A stretch of DNA of 64,000 bases from the human T2T-CHM13v2.0 reference genome, Homo sapiens. Below the pieces are notes generated by a model that ran no database searches, had not been told where the DNA came from, and saw nothing but the letters and a program-made list of their open reading frames with translations. Shown here piece by piece: positions 40,601 through 55,600 of this stretch; position 1 is the first letter of the stretch; every line of letters starts with the position of its first letter. The stretch lies in assembly GCF_009914755.1 (NCBI RefSeq), contig NC_060938.1. One strand, given 5' to 3'. A program made the position numbers and the translations under genes.

Positions 40601-43600
40601 GAAGATATTCCCGTTTCCAACGAAATCTTCAAATCTATCCAAATGTCCACTTGCAGATTCAACAAAAAGTGTTTTTCAGAACTGCTCTATCAAAAGAAAG
40701 ATCCACCTCTGTTAGCTGAGTTCACACATCACAAACAAGTTTATGAGAATGCTTCTGTCTAGTTTTTATTTGAAGATATTTCCTTTCTCACCATAGAGCT
40801 GAAAGCTGTCCTAATGTTCACTTCCAGATACTACAGAAAGAGTGTTTGAAAACTGCTGTACGAAAGGGAATGTTCAACTCTGTGACTTGAATGCACACAT
40901 CACAAAGAAGTTTCTGAGGATGCTGCTGTCTACTTTTTATACGTAATCCCGTTTCCAACGAAATCCTCCAAGCTATCCAAATATCCACTTGCAGATTTCA
41001 CAGAAAGACTGTTTCAAAACTGCTCTGTCAATAGAAAGGTTCAACTCTGTTAGCTGCGTGCATATATCCCAAAGAAGATTCTGAGATTGCTTCTGTCTAG
41101 TTTTTATGGGAAGATATTTCCCTTTTCACCGTAGGTGTCAAGGCGCTCCAAATGTCCACTTCCAGATACTACAAAAAGAGTGTTTCAAACCTACTCTGTG
41201 AAAGGGAATATTCAACTCTGTGACTTGAATGCACATATCACCAAGAAGTTTCTGAGAATGCTTCTGTCGAGATTTTATATGAAGATATTCCCGTTTCCAA
41301 CGAAATCCTGAAATCTATCCAAATATCCCCTCGCAGATTTTACAAAAAGAGTGTTTCAAAACTGCTCTGTGAAAAGAAAGGTTCAACTCTGTTAGTTGAG
41401 TACACACATCACAAACAAGTTTCACAGAATGCTTCTTTCTAGCTTGTAGGGGAAGATATTCCCTTTATCACCATGGGCCTCCAACCGTCCGAAACATCCA
41501 CTTCCATATACTACAAAAAGAGCGTTTCAAACCTGCTCTATGAAAGGCAATGTTCAACTCTGTGACTTGAATGCAGACATCACAGAGCAGTTTCTGAGAA
41601 TGCTTCTGTCTAGATTTTATAGGAAGATATTCCCGTTTCCAACGAAATCTTCACAGCTATCCAAATATCCACTTGCAGATTCTACAAAAAGAGTGTATCA
41701 AAACTGCTCTGTCAAAAGGAAGGTTCTTCTCTGTTAGGTGAGTGCATACGTCATAAAGGAGTTTCTGAGAATGTTTCTGTCTAGTGGTTATGGGAAGATA
41801 TTTGCTTTTTCACCGTAGGCCTCAGAGCGCTCCAAATATCCACTTGCACATACTACAAAAAGAGTGCTTCAAAGCTGCTCTCTGAAACGGAATGTTCAAC
41901 TCTATGAGTTGAATGCAAACATCACAAAGACGTTTCTGAGAATGCTTCTGTCTAGATTTGATATGAAGATATTCCCGTTTCCAACGAAATCTTCAAATCT
42001 ATCCAAATGTCCACTTGCAGATTCAACAAAAAGTGTTTTTCAGAACTGCTCTATCAAAAGAAAGATCCACCTCTGTTAGCTGAGTTCACACATCACAAAC
42101 AAGTTTATGAGAATGCTTCTGTCTAGTTTTTATTTGAAGATATTTCCTTTCTCACCATAGAGCTGAAAGCTGTCCTAATGTTCACTTCCAGATACTACAG
42201 AAAGAGTGTTTCAAAACTGCTGTACGAAAGGGAATGTTCAACTCTGTGACTTGAATGCACACATCACAAAGAAGTTTCTGAGGATGCTGCTGTCTACTTT
42301 TTATACGTAATCCCGTTTCCAACGAAATCCTCCAAGCTATCCAAATATCCACTTGCAGATTCCACAGAAAGACTGTTTCAAAACTGCTCTGTCAATAGAA
42401 AGGTTCAACTCTGTTAGCTGCGTGCATATATCCCAAAGAAGATTCTGAGATTGCTTCTGTCTAGTTTTTATGGGAAGATATTTCCCTTTTCACTGTAGGT
42501 GTCAAGGCGCTCCAAATGTCCACTTCCAGATACTACAAAAAGAGTGTTTCAAACCTACTCTGTGAAAGGGAATATTCAACTCTGTGACTTGAATGCACAT
42601 ATCACAAGGAAGTTTCTGAGAATGCTTCTGTCGAGATTTTATATGAAGATATTCCCGTTTCCAACGAAATCCTGAAATCTATCCAAATATCCCCTCGCAG
42701 ATTCTACAAAAAGAGTGTTTCAAAACTGCTCTGTAAAAAGAAAGGTTCAACTCTGTTAGTTGAGTACACACATCACAAACAAGTTTCACAGAATGCTTCT
42801 TTCTAGCTTGTAGGGGAAGATATTCCCTTTATCACCATGGGCCTCCAACCGTCCGAAACATCCACTTCCATATACTACAAAAAGAGCGTTTCAAACCTGC
42901 TCTATGAAAGGCAATGTTCAACTCTGTGACTTGAATGCAGACATCACAGAGCAGTTTCTGAGAATGCTTCTGTCTAGATTTTATAGGAAGATATTCCCGT
43001 TTCCAACGAAATCTTCACAGCTATCCAAATATCCAATTGCAGATTCTACAAAAAGAGTGTATCAAAACTGCTCTGTCAAAAGGAAGGTTCTTTTCTGTTA
43101 GGTGAGTGCATACGTCATAAAGGAGTTTCTGAGAATGTTTCTGTCTAGTGGTTATGGGAAGATATTTGCTTTTTCACTGTAGGCCTCAGGGCGCTCCAAA
43201 TATCCACTTGCACATACTACAAAAAGAGTGCCTCAAAGCTGCTCTCTGAAACGGAATGTTCAACTCTATGAGTTGAATGCAAACATCGCAAAGACGTTTC
43301 TGAGAATGCTTCTGTCTAGATTTGATATGAAGATATTCCCGTTTCCAACGAAATCTTCAAATCTATCCAAATGTCCACTTGCAGATTCAACAAAAAGTGT
43401 TTTTCAGAACTGCTCTATCAAAAGAAAGATCCACCTCTGTTAGCTGAGTTCACACATCACAAACAAGTTTATGAGAATGCTTCTGTCTAGTTTTTATTTG
43501 AAGATATTTCCTTTCTCACCATAGAGCTGAAAGCTGTCCTAATGTTCACTTCCAGATACTACAGAAAGAGTGTTTCAAAACTGCTGTACGAAAGGGAATG

Positions 43601-46600
43601 TTCAACTCTGTGACTTGAATGCACACATCACAAAGAAGTTTCTGAGGATGCTGCTGTCTACTTTTTATACGTAATCCCGTTTCCAACGAAATCCTCCAAG
43701 CTATCCAAATATCCACTTGCAGATTTCACAGAAAGACTGTTTCAAAACTGCTCTGTCAATAGAAAGGTTCAACTCTGTTAGCTGCGTGCATATATCCCAA
43801 AGAAGATTCTGAGATTGCTTCTGTCTAGTTTTTATGGGAAGATATTTCCCTTTTCACCGTAGGCGTCAAGGCGCTCCAAATGTCCACTTCCAGATACTAC
43901 AAAAAGAGTGTTTCAAACCTACTCTGTGAAAGGGAATATTCAACTCTGTGACTTGAATGCACATATCACAAAGAAGTTTCTGAGAATGCTTCTGTCGAGA
44001 TTTTATATGAAGATATTCCCGTTTCCAACGAAATCCTGAAATCTATCCAAATATCCCCTCGCAGATTCTACAAAAAGAGTGTTTCAAAACTGCTCTGTGA
44101 AAAGAAAGGTTCAACTCTGTTAGTTGAGTACACACATCACAAACAAGTTTCACAGAATGCTTCTTTCTAGCTTGTAGGGGAAGATATTCCCTTTATCACC
44201 ATGGGCCTCCAACCGTCCGAAACATCCACTTCCATATACTACAAAAAGAGCGTTTCAAACCTGCTCTATGAAAGGCAATGTTCAACTCTGTGACTTGAAT
44301 GCAGACATCACAGAGCAGTTTCTGAGAATGCTTCTGTCTAGATTTTATAGGAAGATATTCCCGTTTCCAACGAAATCTTCACAGCTATCCAAATATCCAC
44401 TTGCAGATTCTACAAAAAGAGTGTATCAAAACTGCTCTGTCAAAAGGAAGGTTCTTCTCTGTTAGGTGAGTGCATACGTCATAAAGGAGTTTCTGAGAAT
44501 GTTTCTGTCTAGTGGTTATGGGAAGATATTTGCTTTTTCACCGTAGGCCTCAGAGCGCTCCAAATATCCACTTGCACATACTACAAAAAGAGTGCTTCAA
44601 AGCTGCTCTCTGAAACGGAATGTTCAACTCTATGAGTTGAATGCAAACATCACAAAGACGTTTCTGAGAATGCTTCTGTCTAGATTGGATATGAAGATAT
44701 TCCCGTTTCCAACGAAATCTTCAAATCTATCCAAATGTCCACTTGCAGATTCAACAAAAAGTGTTTTTCAGAACTGCTCTATCAAAAGAAAGATCCACCT
44801 CTGTTAGCTGAGTTCACACATCACAAACAAGTTTATGAGAATGCTTCTGTCTAGTTTTTATTTGAAGATATTTCCTTTCTCACCATAGAGCTGAAAGCTG
44901 TCCTAATGTTCACTTCCAGATACTACAGAAAGAGTGTTTCAAAACTGCTGTACGAAAGGGAATGTTCAACTCTGTGACTTGAATGCACACATCACAAAGA
45001 AGTTTCTGAGGATGCTGCTGTCTACTTTTTATACGTAATCCCGTTTCCAACGAAATCCTCCAAGCTATCCAAATATCCACTTGCAGATTCCACAGAAAGA
45101 CTGTTTCAAAACTGCTCTGTCAATAGAAAGGTTCAACTCTGTTAGCTGCGTGCATATATCCCAAAGAAGATTCTGAGATTGCTTCTGTCTAGTTTTTCTG
45201 GGAAGATATTTCCCTTTTCACCGTAGGCGTCAAGGCGCTCCAAATGTCCACTTCCAGATACTACAAAAAGAGTGTTTCAAACCTACTCTGTGAAAGGGAA
45301 TATTCAACTCTGTGACTTGAATGCACATATCACAAAGAAGTTTCTGAGAATGTTTCTGTCGAGATTTTATATGAAGATATTCCCGTTTCCAACGAAATCC
45401 TGAAATCTATCCAAATATCCCCTCGCAGATTCTACAAAAAGAGTGTTTCAAAACTGCTCTGTAAAAAGAAAGGTTCAACTCTGTTAGTTGAGTACACACA
45501 TCACAAACAAGTTTCACACAATGCTTCTTTCTAGCTTGTAGGGGAAGATATTCCCTTTATCACCATGGGCCTCCAACCGTCCGAAACATCCACTTCCATA
45601 TACTACAAAAAGAGGGTTTCAAACCTGCTCTATGAAAGCCAATGTTCAACTCTGTGACTTGAATGCAGACATCACAGAGCAGTTTCTGAGAATGCTTCTG
45701 TCTAGATTTTATAGGAAGATATTCCCGTTTCCAACGAAATCTTCACAGCTATCCAAATATCCACTTGCAGATTCTACAAAAAGAGTGTATCAAAACTGCT
45801 CTGTCAAAAGGAAGGTTCTTCTCTGTTAGGTGAGTGCATACGTCATAAAGGAGTTTCTGAGAATGTTTCTGTCTAGTGGTTATGGGAAGATATTTGCTTT
45901 TTCCCCGTAGGCCTCAGAGCGCTCCAAATATCCACTTGCACATACTACAAAAAGAGTGCTTCAAAGCTGCTCTCTGAAACGGAATGTTCAACTCTATGAG
46001 TTGAATGCAAACATCACAAAGACGTTTCTGAGAATGCTTCTGTCTAGATTTGATATGAAGATATTCCCGTTTCCAACGAAATCTTCAAATCTATCCAAAT
46101 GTCCACTTGCAGATTCAACAAAAAGTGTTTTTCAGAACTGCTCTATCAAAAGAAAGATCCACCTCTGTTAGCTGAGTTCACACATCACAAACAAGTTTAT
46201 GAGAATGCTTCTGTCTAGTTTTTATTTGAAGATATTTCCTTTCTCACCATAGAGCTGAAAGCTGTCCTAATGTTCACTTCCAGATACTACAGAAAGAGTG
46301 TTTCAAAACTGCTGTACGAAAGGGAATGTTCAACTCTGTGACTTGAATGCACACATCACAAAGAAGTTTCTGAGGATGCTGCTGTCTACTTTTTATACGT
46401 AATCCCGTTTCCAACGAAATCCTCCAAGCTATCCAAATATCCACTTGCAGATTCCACAGAAAGACTGTTTCAAAACTGCTCTGTCAATAGAAAGGTTCAA
46501 CTCTGTTAGCTGCGTGCATATATCCCAAAGAAGATTCTGAGATTGCTTCTGTCTAGTTTTTATGGGAAGATATTTCCCTTTTCACCGTAGGTGTCAAGGC

Positions 46601-49600
46601 GCTCCAAATGTCCACTTCCAGATACTACAAAAAGAGTGTTTCAAACCTACTCTGTGAAAGGGAATATTCAACTCTGTGACTTGAATGCACATATCACAAA
46701 GAAGTTTCTGAGAATGCTTCTGTCGAGATTTTATATGAAGATATTCCCGTTTCCAACGAAATCCTGAAATGTATCCAAATATCCCCTCGCAGATTCTACA
46801 AAAAGAGTGTTTCAAAACTGCTCTGTAAAAAGAAAGGTTCAACTCTGTTAGTTGAGTACACACATCACAAACAAGTTTCACACAATGCTTCTTTCTAGCT
46901 TGTAGGGGAAGATATTCCCTTTATCACCATGGGCCTCCAACCGTCCGAAACATCCACTTCCATATACTACAAAAAGAGCGTTTCAAACCTGCTCTATGAA
47001 AGGCAATGTTCAACTCTGTGACTTGAATGCAGACATCACAGAGCAGTTTCTGAGAATGCTTCTGTCTAGATTTTATAGGAAGATATTCCCGTTTCCAACG
47101 AAATCTTCACAGCTATCCAAATATCCACTTGCAGATTCTACAAAAAGAGTGTATCAAAACTGCTCTGTCAAAAGGAAGGTTCTTTTCTGTTAGGTGAGTG
47201 CATACGTCATAAAGGAGTTTCTGAGAATGTTTCTGTCTAGTGGTTATGGGAAGATATTTGCTTTTTCACTGTAGGCCTCAGAGCGCTCCAAATATCCACT
47301 TGCACATATTACAAAAAGAGTGCCTCAAAGCTGCTCTCTGAAACGGAATGTTCAACTCTATGAGTTGAATGCAAACATCGCAAAGACGTTTCTGAGAATG
47401 CTTCTGTCTAGATTTGATATGAAGATATTCCCGTTTCCAACGAAATCTTCAAATCTATCCAAATGTCCACTTGCAGATTCAACAAAAAGTGTTTTTCAGA
47501 ACTGCTCTATCAAAAGAAAGATCCACCTCTGTTAGCTGAGTTCACACATCACAAACAAGTTTATGAGAATGCTTCTGTCTAGTTTTTATTTGAAGATATT
47601 TCCTTTCTCACCATAGAGCTGAAAGCTGTCCTAATGTTCACTTCCAGATACTACAGAAAGAGTGTTTCAAAACTGCTGTACGAAAGGGAATGTTCAACTC
47701 TGTGACTTGAATGCACACATCACAAAGAAGTTTCTGAGGATGCTGCTGTCTACTTTTTATACGTAATCCCGTTTCCAACGAAATCCTCCAAGCTATCGAA
47801 ATATCCACTTGCAGATTCCACAGAAAGACTGTTTCAAAACTGCTCTGTCAATAGAAAGGTTCAACTCTGTTAGCTGCGTGCATATATCCCAAAGAAGATT
47901 CTGAGATTGCTTCTGTCTAGTTTTTATGGGAAGATATTTCCCTTTTCACCGTAGGCGTCAAGGCGCTCCAAATGTCCACTTCCAGATACTACAAAAAGAG
48001 TGTTTCAAACCTACTCTGTGAAAGGGAATATTCAACTCTGTGACTTGAATGCACATATCACAAGGAAGTTTCTGAGAATGCTTCTGTCGAGATTTTATAT
48101 GAAGATATTCCCGTTTCCAACGAAATCCTGAAATCTATCCAAATATCCCCTCGCAGATTCTACAAAAAGAGTGTTTCAAAACTGCTCTGTAAAAAGAAAG
48201 GTTCAACTCTGTTAGTTGAGTACACACATCACAAACAAGTTTCACAGAATGCTTCTTTCTAGCTTATAGGGGAAGATATTTCCTTTATCACCATGGGCCT
48301 CCAACCGTCCGAAAAGTCCACTTCCATATACTACAAAAAGAGCGTTTCAAACCTGCTCTATGAAAGGCAATGTTCAACTCTGTGACTTGAATGCAGACAT
48401 CACAGAGCAGTTTCTGAGAATGCTTCTGTCTAGATTTTATAGGAAGATATTCCCGTTTCCAACGAAATCTTCACAGCTATCCAAATATCCACTTGCAGAT
48501 TCTACAAAAAGAGTGTATCAAAACTGCTCTGTCAAAAGGAAGGTTCTTTTCTGTTAGGTGAGTGCATACGTCATAAAGGAGTTTCTGAGAATGTTTCTGT
48601 CTAGTGGTTATGGGAAGATATTTGCTTTTTCACCGTCGGCCTCAGAGCGCTCCAAATATCCACTTGCACATACTACAAAAAGAGTGCCTCAAAGCTGCTC
48701 TCTGAAACGGAATGTTCAACTCTATGAGTTGAATGCAAACATCGCAAAGACGTTTCTGAGAATGCTTCTGTCTAGATTTGATATGAAGATATTCCCGTTT
48801 CCAACGAAATCTTCAAATCTATCCAAATGTCCACTTGCAGATTCAACAAAAGGTGTTTTTCAGAACTGCTCTATCAAAAGAAAGATCCACCTCTGTTAGC
48901 TGAGTTCACACATCACAAACAAGTTTATGAGAATGCTTCTGTCTAGTTTTTATTTGAAGATATTTCCTTTCTCACCATAGAGCTGAAAGCTGTCCTAATG
49001 TTCACTTCCAGATACTACAGAAAGAGTGTTTCAAAACTGCTGTACGAAAGGGAATGTTCAACTCTGTGACTTGAATGCACACATCACAAAGAAGTTTCTG
49101 AGGATGCTGCTGTCTACTTTTTATACGTAATCCCGTTTCCAACGAAATCCTCCAAGCTATCGAAATATCCACTTGCGGATTCCACAGAAAGAGTGTTTCA
49201 AAACTGCTCTGTCAATAGAAAGGTTCAACTCTGTTAGCTGCGTGCATATATCCCAAAGAAGATTCTGAGATTGCTTCTGTCTAGTTTTTATGGGAAGATA
49301 TTTCCCTTTTCACCGTAGGTGTCAAGGCGCTCCAAATGTCCACTTCCAGATACTACAAAAAGGGTGTTTCAAACCTACTCTGTGAAAGGGAATATTCAAC
49401 TCTGTGACTTGAATGCACATATCACAAAGAAGTTTCTGAGAATGCTTCTGTCGAGATTTTATATGAAGATATTCCCGTTTCCAACGAAATCCTGAAATCT
49501 ATCCAAATATCCCCTCGCAGATTCTACAAAAAGAGTGTTTCAAAACTGCTCTGTGAAAAGAAAGGTTCAACTCTGTTAGTTGAGTACACACATCACAAAC

Positions 49601-52600
49601 AAGTTTCACAGAATGCTTCTTTCTAGCTTGTAGGGGAAGATATTCCCTTTATCACCATGGGCCTCCAACCGTCCGAAACATCCACTTCCATATACTACAA
49701 AAAGAGCGTTTCAAACCTGCTCTATGAAAGGCAATGTTCAACTCTGTGACTTGAATGCAGACATCACAGAGCAGTTTCTGAGAATGCTTCTGTCTAGTTT
49801 TTATAGGAAGATATTCCCGTTTCCAACGAAATCTTCACAGCTATCCAAATATCCACTTGCAGATTCTACAAAAAGAGTGTATCAAAACTGCTCTGTCAAA
49901 AGGAAGGTTCTTCTCTGTTAGGTGAGTGCATACGTCATAAAGGAGTTTCTGAGAATGTTTCTGTCTAGTGGTTATGGGAAGATATTTGCTTTTTCACCGT
50001 AGGCCTAAGAGCGCTCCAAATATCCACTTGCACATACTACAAAAAGAGTGCTTCAAAGCTGCTCTCTGAAACGGAATGTTCAACTCTATGAGTTGAATGC
50101 AAACATCACAAAGACGTTTCTGAGAATGCTTCTGTCTAGATTGGATATGAAGATATTCCCGTTTCCAACGAAATCTTCAAATCTATCCAAATGTCCACTT
50201 GCAGATTCAACAAAAAGTGTTTTTCAGAACTGCTCTATCAAAAGAAAGATCCACCTCTGTTAGCTGAGTTCACACATCACAAACAAGTTTATGAGAATGC
50301 TTCTGTCTAGTTTTTATTTGAAGATATTTCCTTTCTCACCATAGACCTGAAAGCTGTCCTAATGTTCACTTCCAGTTACTACAGAAAGAGTGTTTCAAAA
50401 CTGCTGTACGAAAGGGAATGTTCAACTCTGTGACTTGAATGCACACATCACAAAGAAGTTTCTGAGGATGCTGCTGTCTACTTTTTATACGTAATCCCGT
50501 TTCCAACGAAATCCTCCAAGCTATCCAAATATCCACTTGCAGATTCCACAGAAAGACTGTTTCAAAACTGCTCTGTCAATAGAAAGGTTCAACTCTGTTA
50601 GCTGCGTGCATATATCCCAAAGAAGATTCTGAGATTGCTTCTGTCTAGTTTTTATGGGAAGATATTTCCCTTTTCACCGTAGGTGTCAAGGCGCTCCAAA
50701 TGTCCACTTCCAGATACTACAAAAAGAGTGTTTCAAACCTACTCTGTGAAAGGGAATATTCAACTCTGTGACTTGAATGCACATATCACAAAGAAGTTTC
50801 TGAGAATGCTTCTGTCGAGATTTTATATGAAGATATTCCCGTTTCCAACGAAATCCTGAAATGTATCCAAATATCCCCTCGCAGATTCTACAAAAAGAGT
50901 GTTTCAAAACTGCTCTGTAAAAAGAAAGGTTCAACTCTGTTAGTTGAGTACACACATCACAAACAAGTTTCACAGAATGCTTCTTTCTAGCTTGTAGGGG
51001 AAGATATTCCCTTTATCACCATGGGCCTCCAACCGTCCGAAACATCCACTTCCATATACTACAAAAAGAGCGTTTCAAACCTGCTCTATGAAAGGCAATG
51101 TTCAACTCTGTGACTTGAATGCAGACATCACAGAGCAGTTTCTGAGAATGCTTCTGTCTAGATTTTATAGGAAGATATTCCCGTTTCCAACGAAATCTTC
51201 ACAGCTATCCAAATATCCACTTGCAGATTCTACAAAAAGAGTGTATCAAAACTGCTCTGTCAAAAGGAAGGTTCTTCTCTGTTAGGTGAGTGCATACGTC
51301 ATAAAGGAGTTTCTGAGAATGTTTCTGTCTAGTGGTTATGGGAAGATATTTGCTTTTTCCCCGTAGGCCTCAGAGCGCTCCAAATATCCACTTGCACATA
51401 CTACAAAAAGAGTGCTTCAAAGCTGCTCTCTGAAACGGAATGTTCAACTCTATGAGTTGAATGCAAACATCACCAAGACGTTTCTGAGAATGCTTCTGTC
51501 TAGATTTGATATGAAGATATTCCCGTTTCCAACGAAATCTTCAAATCTATCCAAATGTCCACTTGCAGATTCAACAAAAAGTGTTTTTCAGAACTGCTCT
51601 ATCAAAAGAAAGATCCACCTCTGTTAGCTGAGTTCACACATCACAAACAAGTTTATGAGAATGCTTCTGTCTAGTTTTTATTTGAAGATATTTCCTTTCT
51701 CACCATAGAGCTGAAAGCTGTCCTAATGTTCACTTCCAGATACTACAGAAAGAGTGTTTCAAAACTGCTGTACGAAAGGGAATGTTCAACTCTGTGACTT
51801 GAATGCACACATCACAAAGAAGTTTCTGAGGATGCTGCTGTCTACTTTTTATACGTAATCCCGTTTCCAACGAAATCCTCCAAGCTATACAAATATCCAC
51901 TTGCAGATTCCACAGAAAGACTGTTTCAAAACTGCTCTGTCAATAGAAAGGTTCAACTCTGTTAGCTGCGTGCATATATCCCAAAGAAGATTCTGAGATT
52001 GCTTCTGTCTAGTTTTTATGGGAAGATATTTCCCTTTTCACCGTAGGTGTCAAGGCGCTCCAAATGTACACATCCAGATACTACAAAAAGAGTGTTTCAA
52101 ACCTACTCTGTGAAAGGGAATATTCAACTCTGTGACTTGAATGCAGATATCACAAAGAAGTTTCTGAGAATGCTTCTGTCGAGATTTTATATGAAGATAT
52201 TCCCGTTTCCAACGAAATCCTGAAATGTATCCAAATATCCCCTCGCAGATTCTACAAAAAGAGTGTTTCAAAACTGCTCTGTAAAAAGAAAGGTTCAACT
52301 CTGTTAGTTGAGTACACACATCACAAACAAGTTTCACACAATGCTTCTTTCTAGCTTGTAGGGGAAGATATTCCCTTTATCACCATGGGCCTCCAACCGT
52401 CCGAAACATCCACTTCCCTATACTACAAAAAGAGCGTTTCAAACCTGCTCTATGAAAGGCAATGTTCAACTCTGTGACTTGAATGCAGACATCACAGAGC
52501 AGTTTCTGAGAATGCTTCTGTCTAGATTTTATAGGAAGATATTCCCGTTTCCAACGAAATCTTCACAGCTATCCAAATATCCACTTGCAGATTCTACAAA

Positions 52601-55600
52601 AAGAGTGTATCAAAACTGCTCTGTCAAAAGGAAGGTTCTTCTCTGTTAGGTGAGTGCATACGTCATAAAGGAGTTTCTGAGAATGTTTCTGTCTAGTGGT
52701 TATGGGAAGATATTTGCTTTTTCACCGTAGGCCTCAGAGCGCTCCAAATATCCACTGGCACATACTACAAAAAGAGTGCTTCAAAGCTGGTCTCTGAAAC
52801 GGAATGTTCAACTCTATGAGTTGAATGCAAACATCACAAAGACGTTTCTGAGAATGCTTCTGTCTAGATTTGATATGAAGATATTCCCGTTTCCAACGAA
52901 ATCTTCAAATCTATCCAAATGTCCACTTGCAGATTCAACAAAAAGTGTTTTTCAGAACTGCTCTATCAAAAGAAAGATCCACCTCTGTTAGCTGAGTTCA
53001 CACATCACAAACAAGTTTATGAGAATGCTTCTGTCTAGTTTTTATTTGAAGATATTTCCTTTCTCACCATAGAGCTGAAAGCTGTCCTAATGTTCACTTC
53101 CAGATACTACAGAAAGAGTGTTTCAAAACTGCTGTACGAAAGGGAATGTTCAACTCTGTGACTTGAATGCACACATCACAAAGAAGTTTCTGAGGATGCT
53201 GCTGTCTACTTTTTATACGTAATCCCGTTTCCAACGAAATCCTCCAAGCTATCGAAATATCCACTTGCAGATTCCACAGAAAGACTGTTTCAAAACTGCT
53301 CTGTCAATAGAAAGGTTCAACTCTGTTAGCTGCGTGCATATATCCCAAAGAAGATTCTGAGATTGCTTCTGTCTAGTTTTTATGGGAAGATATTTCCCTT
53401 TTCACCGTAGGTGTCAAGGCGCTCCAAATGTCCACTTCCAGATACTACAAAAAGAGTGTTTCAAACCTACTCTGTGAAAGGGAATATTCAACTCTGTGAC
53501 TTGAATGCACATATCACAAAGAAGTTTCTGAGAATGCTTCTGTCGAGATTTTATATGAAGATATTCCCGTTTCCAACGAAATCCTGAAATGTATCCAAAT
53601 ATCCCCTCGCAGATTCTACAAAAAGAGTGTTTCAAAACTGCTCTGTAAAAAGAAAGGTTCAACTCTGTTAGTTGAGTACACACATCACAAACAAGTTTCA
53701 CACAATGCTTCTTTCTAGCTTGTAGGGGAAGATATTCCCTTTATCACCATGGGCCTCCAACCGTCCGAAACATCCACTTCCCTATACTACAAAAAGAGCG
53801 TTTCAAACCTGCTCTATGAAAGGCAATGTTCAACTCTGTGACTTGAATGCAGACATCACAGAGCAGTTTCTGAGAATGCTTCTGTCTAGATTTTATAGGA
53901 AGATATTCCCGTTTCCAACGAAATCTTCACAGCTATCCAAATATCCACTTGCAGATTCTACAAAAAGAGTGTATCAAAACTGCTCTGTCAAAAGGAAGGT
54001 TCTTCTCTGTTAGGTGAGTGCATACGTCATAAAGGAGTTTCTGAGAATGTTTCTGTCTAGTGGTTATGGGAAGATATTTGCTTTTTCACCGTAGGCCTCA
54101 GAGCGCTCCAAATATCCACTGGCACATACTACAAAAAGAGTGCTTCAAAGCTGCTCTCTGAAACGGAATGTTCAACTCTATGAGTTGAATGCAAACATCA
54201 CAAAGACGTTTCTGAGAATGCTTCTGTCTAGATTTGATATGAAGATATTCCCGTTTCCAACGAAATATTCAAATCTATCCAAATGTCCACTTGCAGATTC
54301 AACAAAAAGTGTTTTTCAGAACTGCTCTATCAAAAGAAAGATCCACCTCTGTTAGCTGAGTTCACACATCACAAACAAGTTTATGAGAATGCTTCTGTCT
54401 AGTTTTTATTTGAAGATATTTCCTTTCTCACCATAGAGCTGAAAGCTGTCCTAATGTTCACTTCCAGATACTACAGAAAGAGTGTTTCAAAACTGCTGTA
54501 CGAAAGGGAATGTTCAACTCTGTGACTTGAATGCACACATCACAAAGAAGTTTCTGAGGATGCTGCTGTCTACTTTTTATACGTAATCCCGTTTCCAACG
54601 AAATCCTCCAAGCTATCGAAATATCCACTTGCAGATTCCACAGAAAGACTGTTTCAAAACTGCTCTGTCAATAGAAAGGTTCAACTCTGTTAGCTGCGTG
54701 CATATATCCCAAAGAAGATTCTGAGATTGCTTCTGTCTAGTTTTTATGGGAAGATATTTCCCTTTTCACCGTAGGTGTCAAGGCGCTCCAAATGTCCACT
54801 TCCAGATACTACAAAAAGAGTGTTTCAAACCTACTCTGTGAAAGGGAATATTCAACTCTGTGACTTGAATGCACATATCACAAAGAAGTTTCTGAGAATG
54901 CTTCTGTCGAGATTTTATATGAAGATATTCCCGTTTCCAACGAAATCCTGAAATGTATCCAAATATCCCCTCGCAGATTCTACAAAAAGAGTGTTTCAAA
55001 ACTGCTCTGTAAAAAGAAAGGTTCAACTCTGTTAGTTGAGTACACACATCACAAACAAGTTTCACACAATGCTTCTTTCTAGCTTGTAGGGGAAGATATT
55101 CCCTTTATCACCATGGGCCTCAAACCGTCTGAAACGTCCACTTCCATATACTACAAAAAGAGCATTTCAAACCTGCTCTATGAAAGGCAATGTTCAACTC
55201 TGTGACTTGAATGCAGACATCACAGAGCAGTTTCTGAGAATGCTTCTGTCTAGATTTTATAGGAAGATATTCCCGTTTCCAACGAAATCTTCACAGCTAT
55301 CCAAATATCCACTTGCAGATTCTACAAAAAGAGTGTATCAAAACTGCTCTGTCAAAAGGAAGGTTCTTCTCTGTTAGGTGAGTGCATACGTCATAAAGGA
55401 GTTTCTGAGAATGTTTCTGTCTAGTGGTTATGGGAAGATATTTGCTTTTTCACCGTAGGCCTCAGAGCGCTCCAAATATCCACTTGCACATACTACAAAA
55501 AGAGTGCTTCAAAGCTGCTCTCTGAAACGGAATGTTCAACTCTATGAGTTGAATGCAAACATCACAAAGACGTTTCTGAGAATGCTTCTGTCTAGATTTG

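Noticed and set aside
48558-48899. Longer 113-aa ORF (also 63562-63903)
   Set aside because: A TAG-to-TCG substitution merely extends the spurious 71-aa frame.
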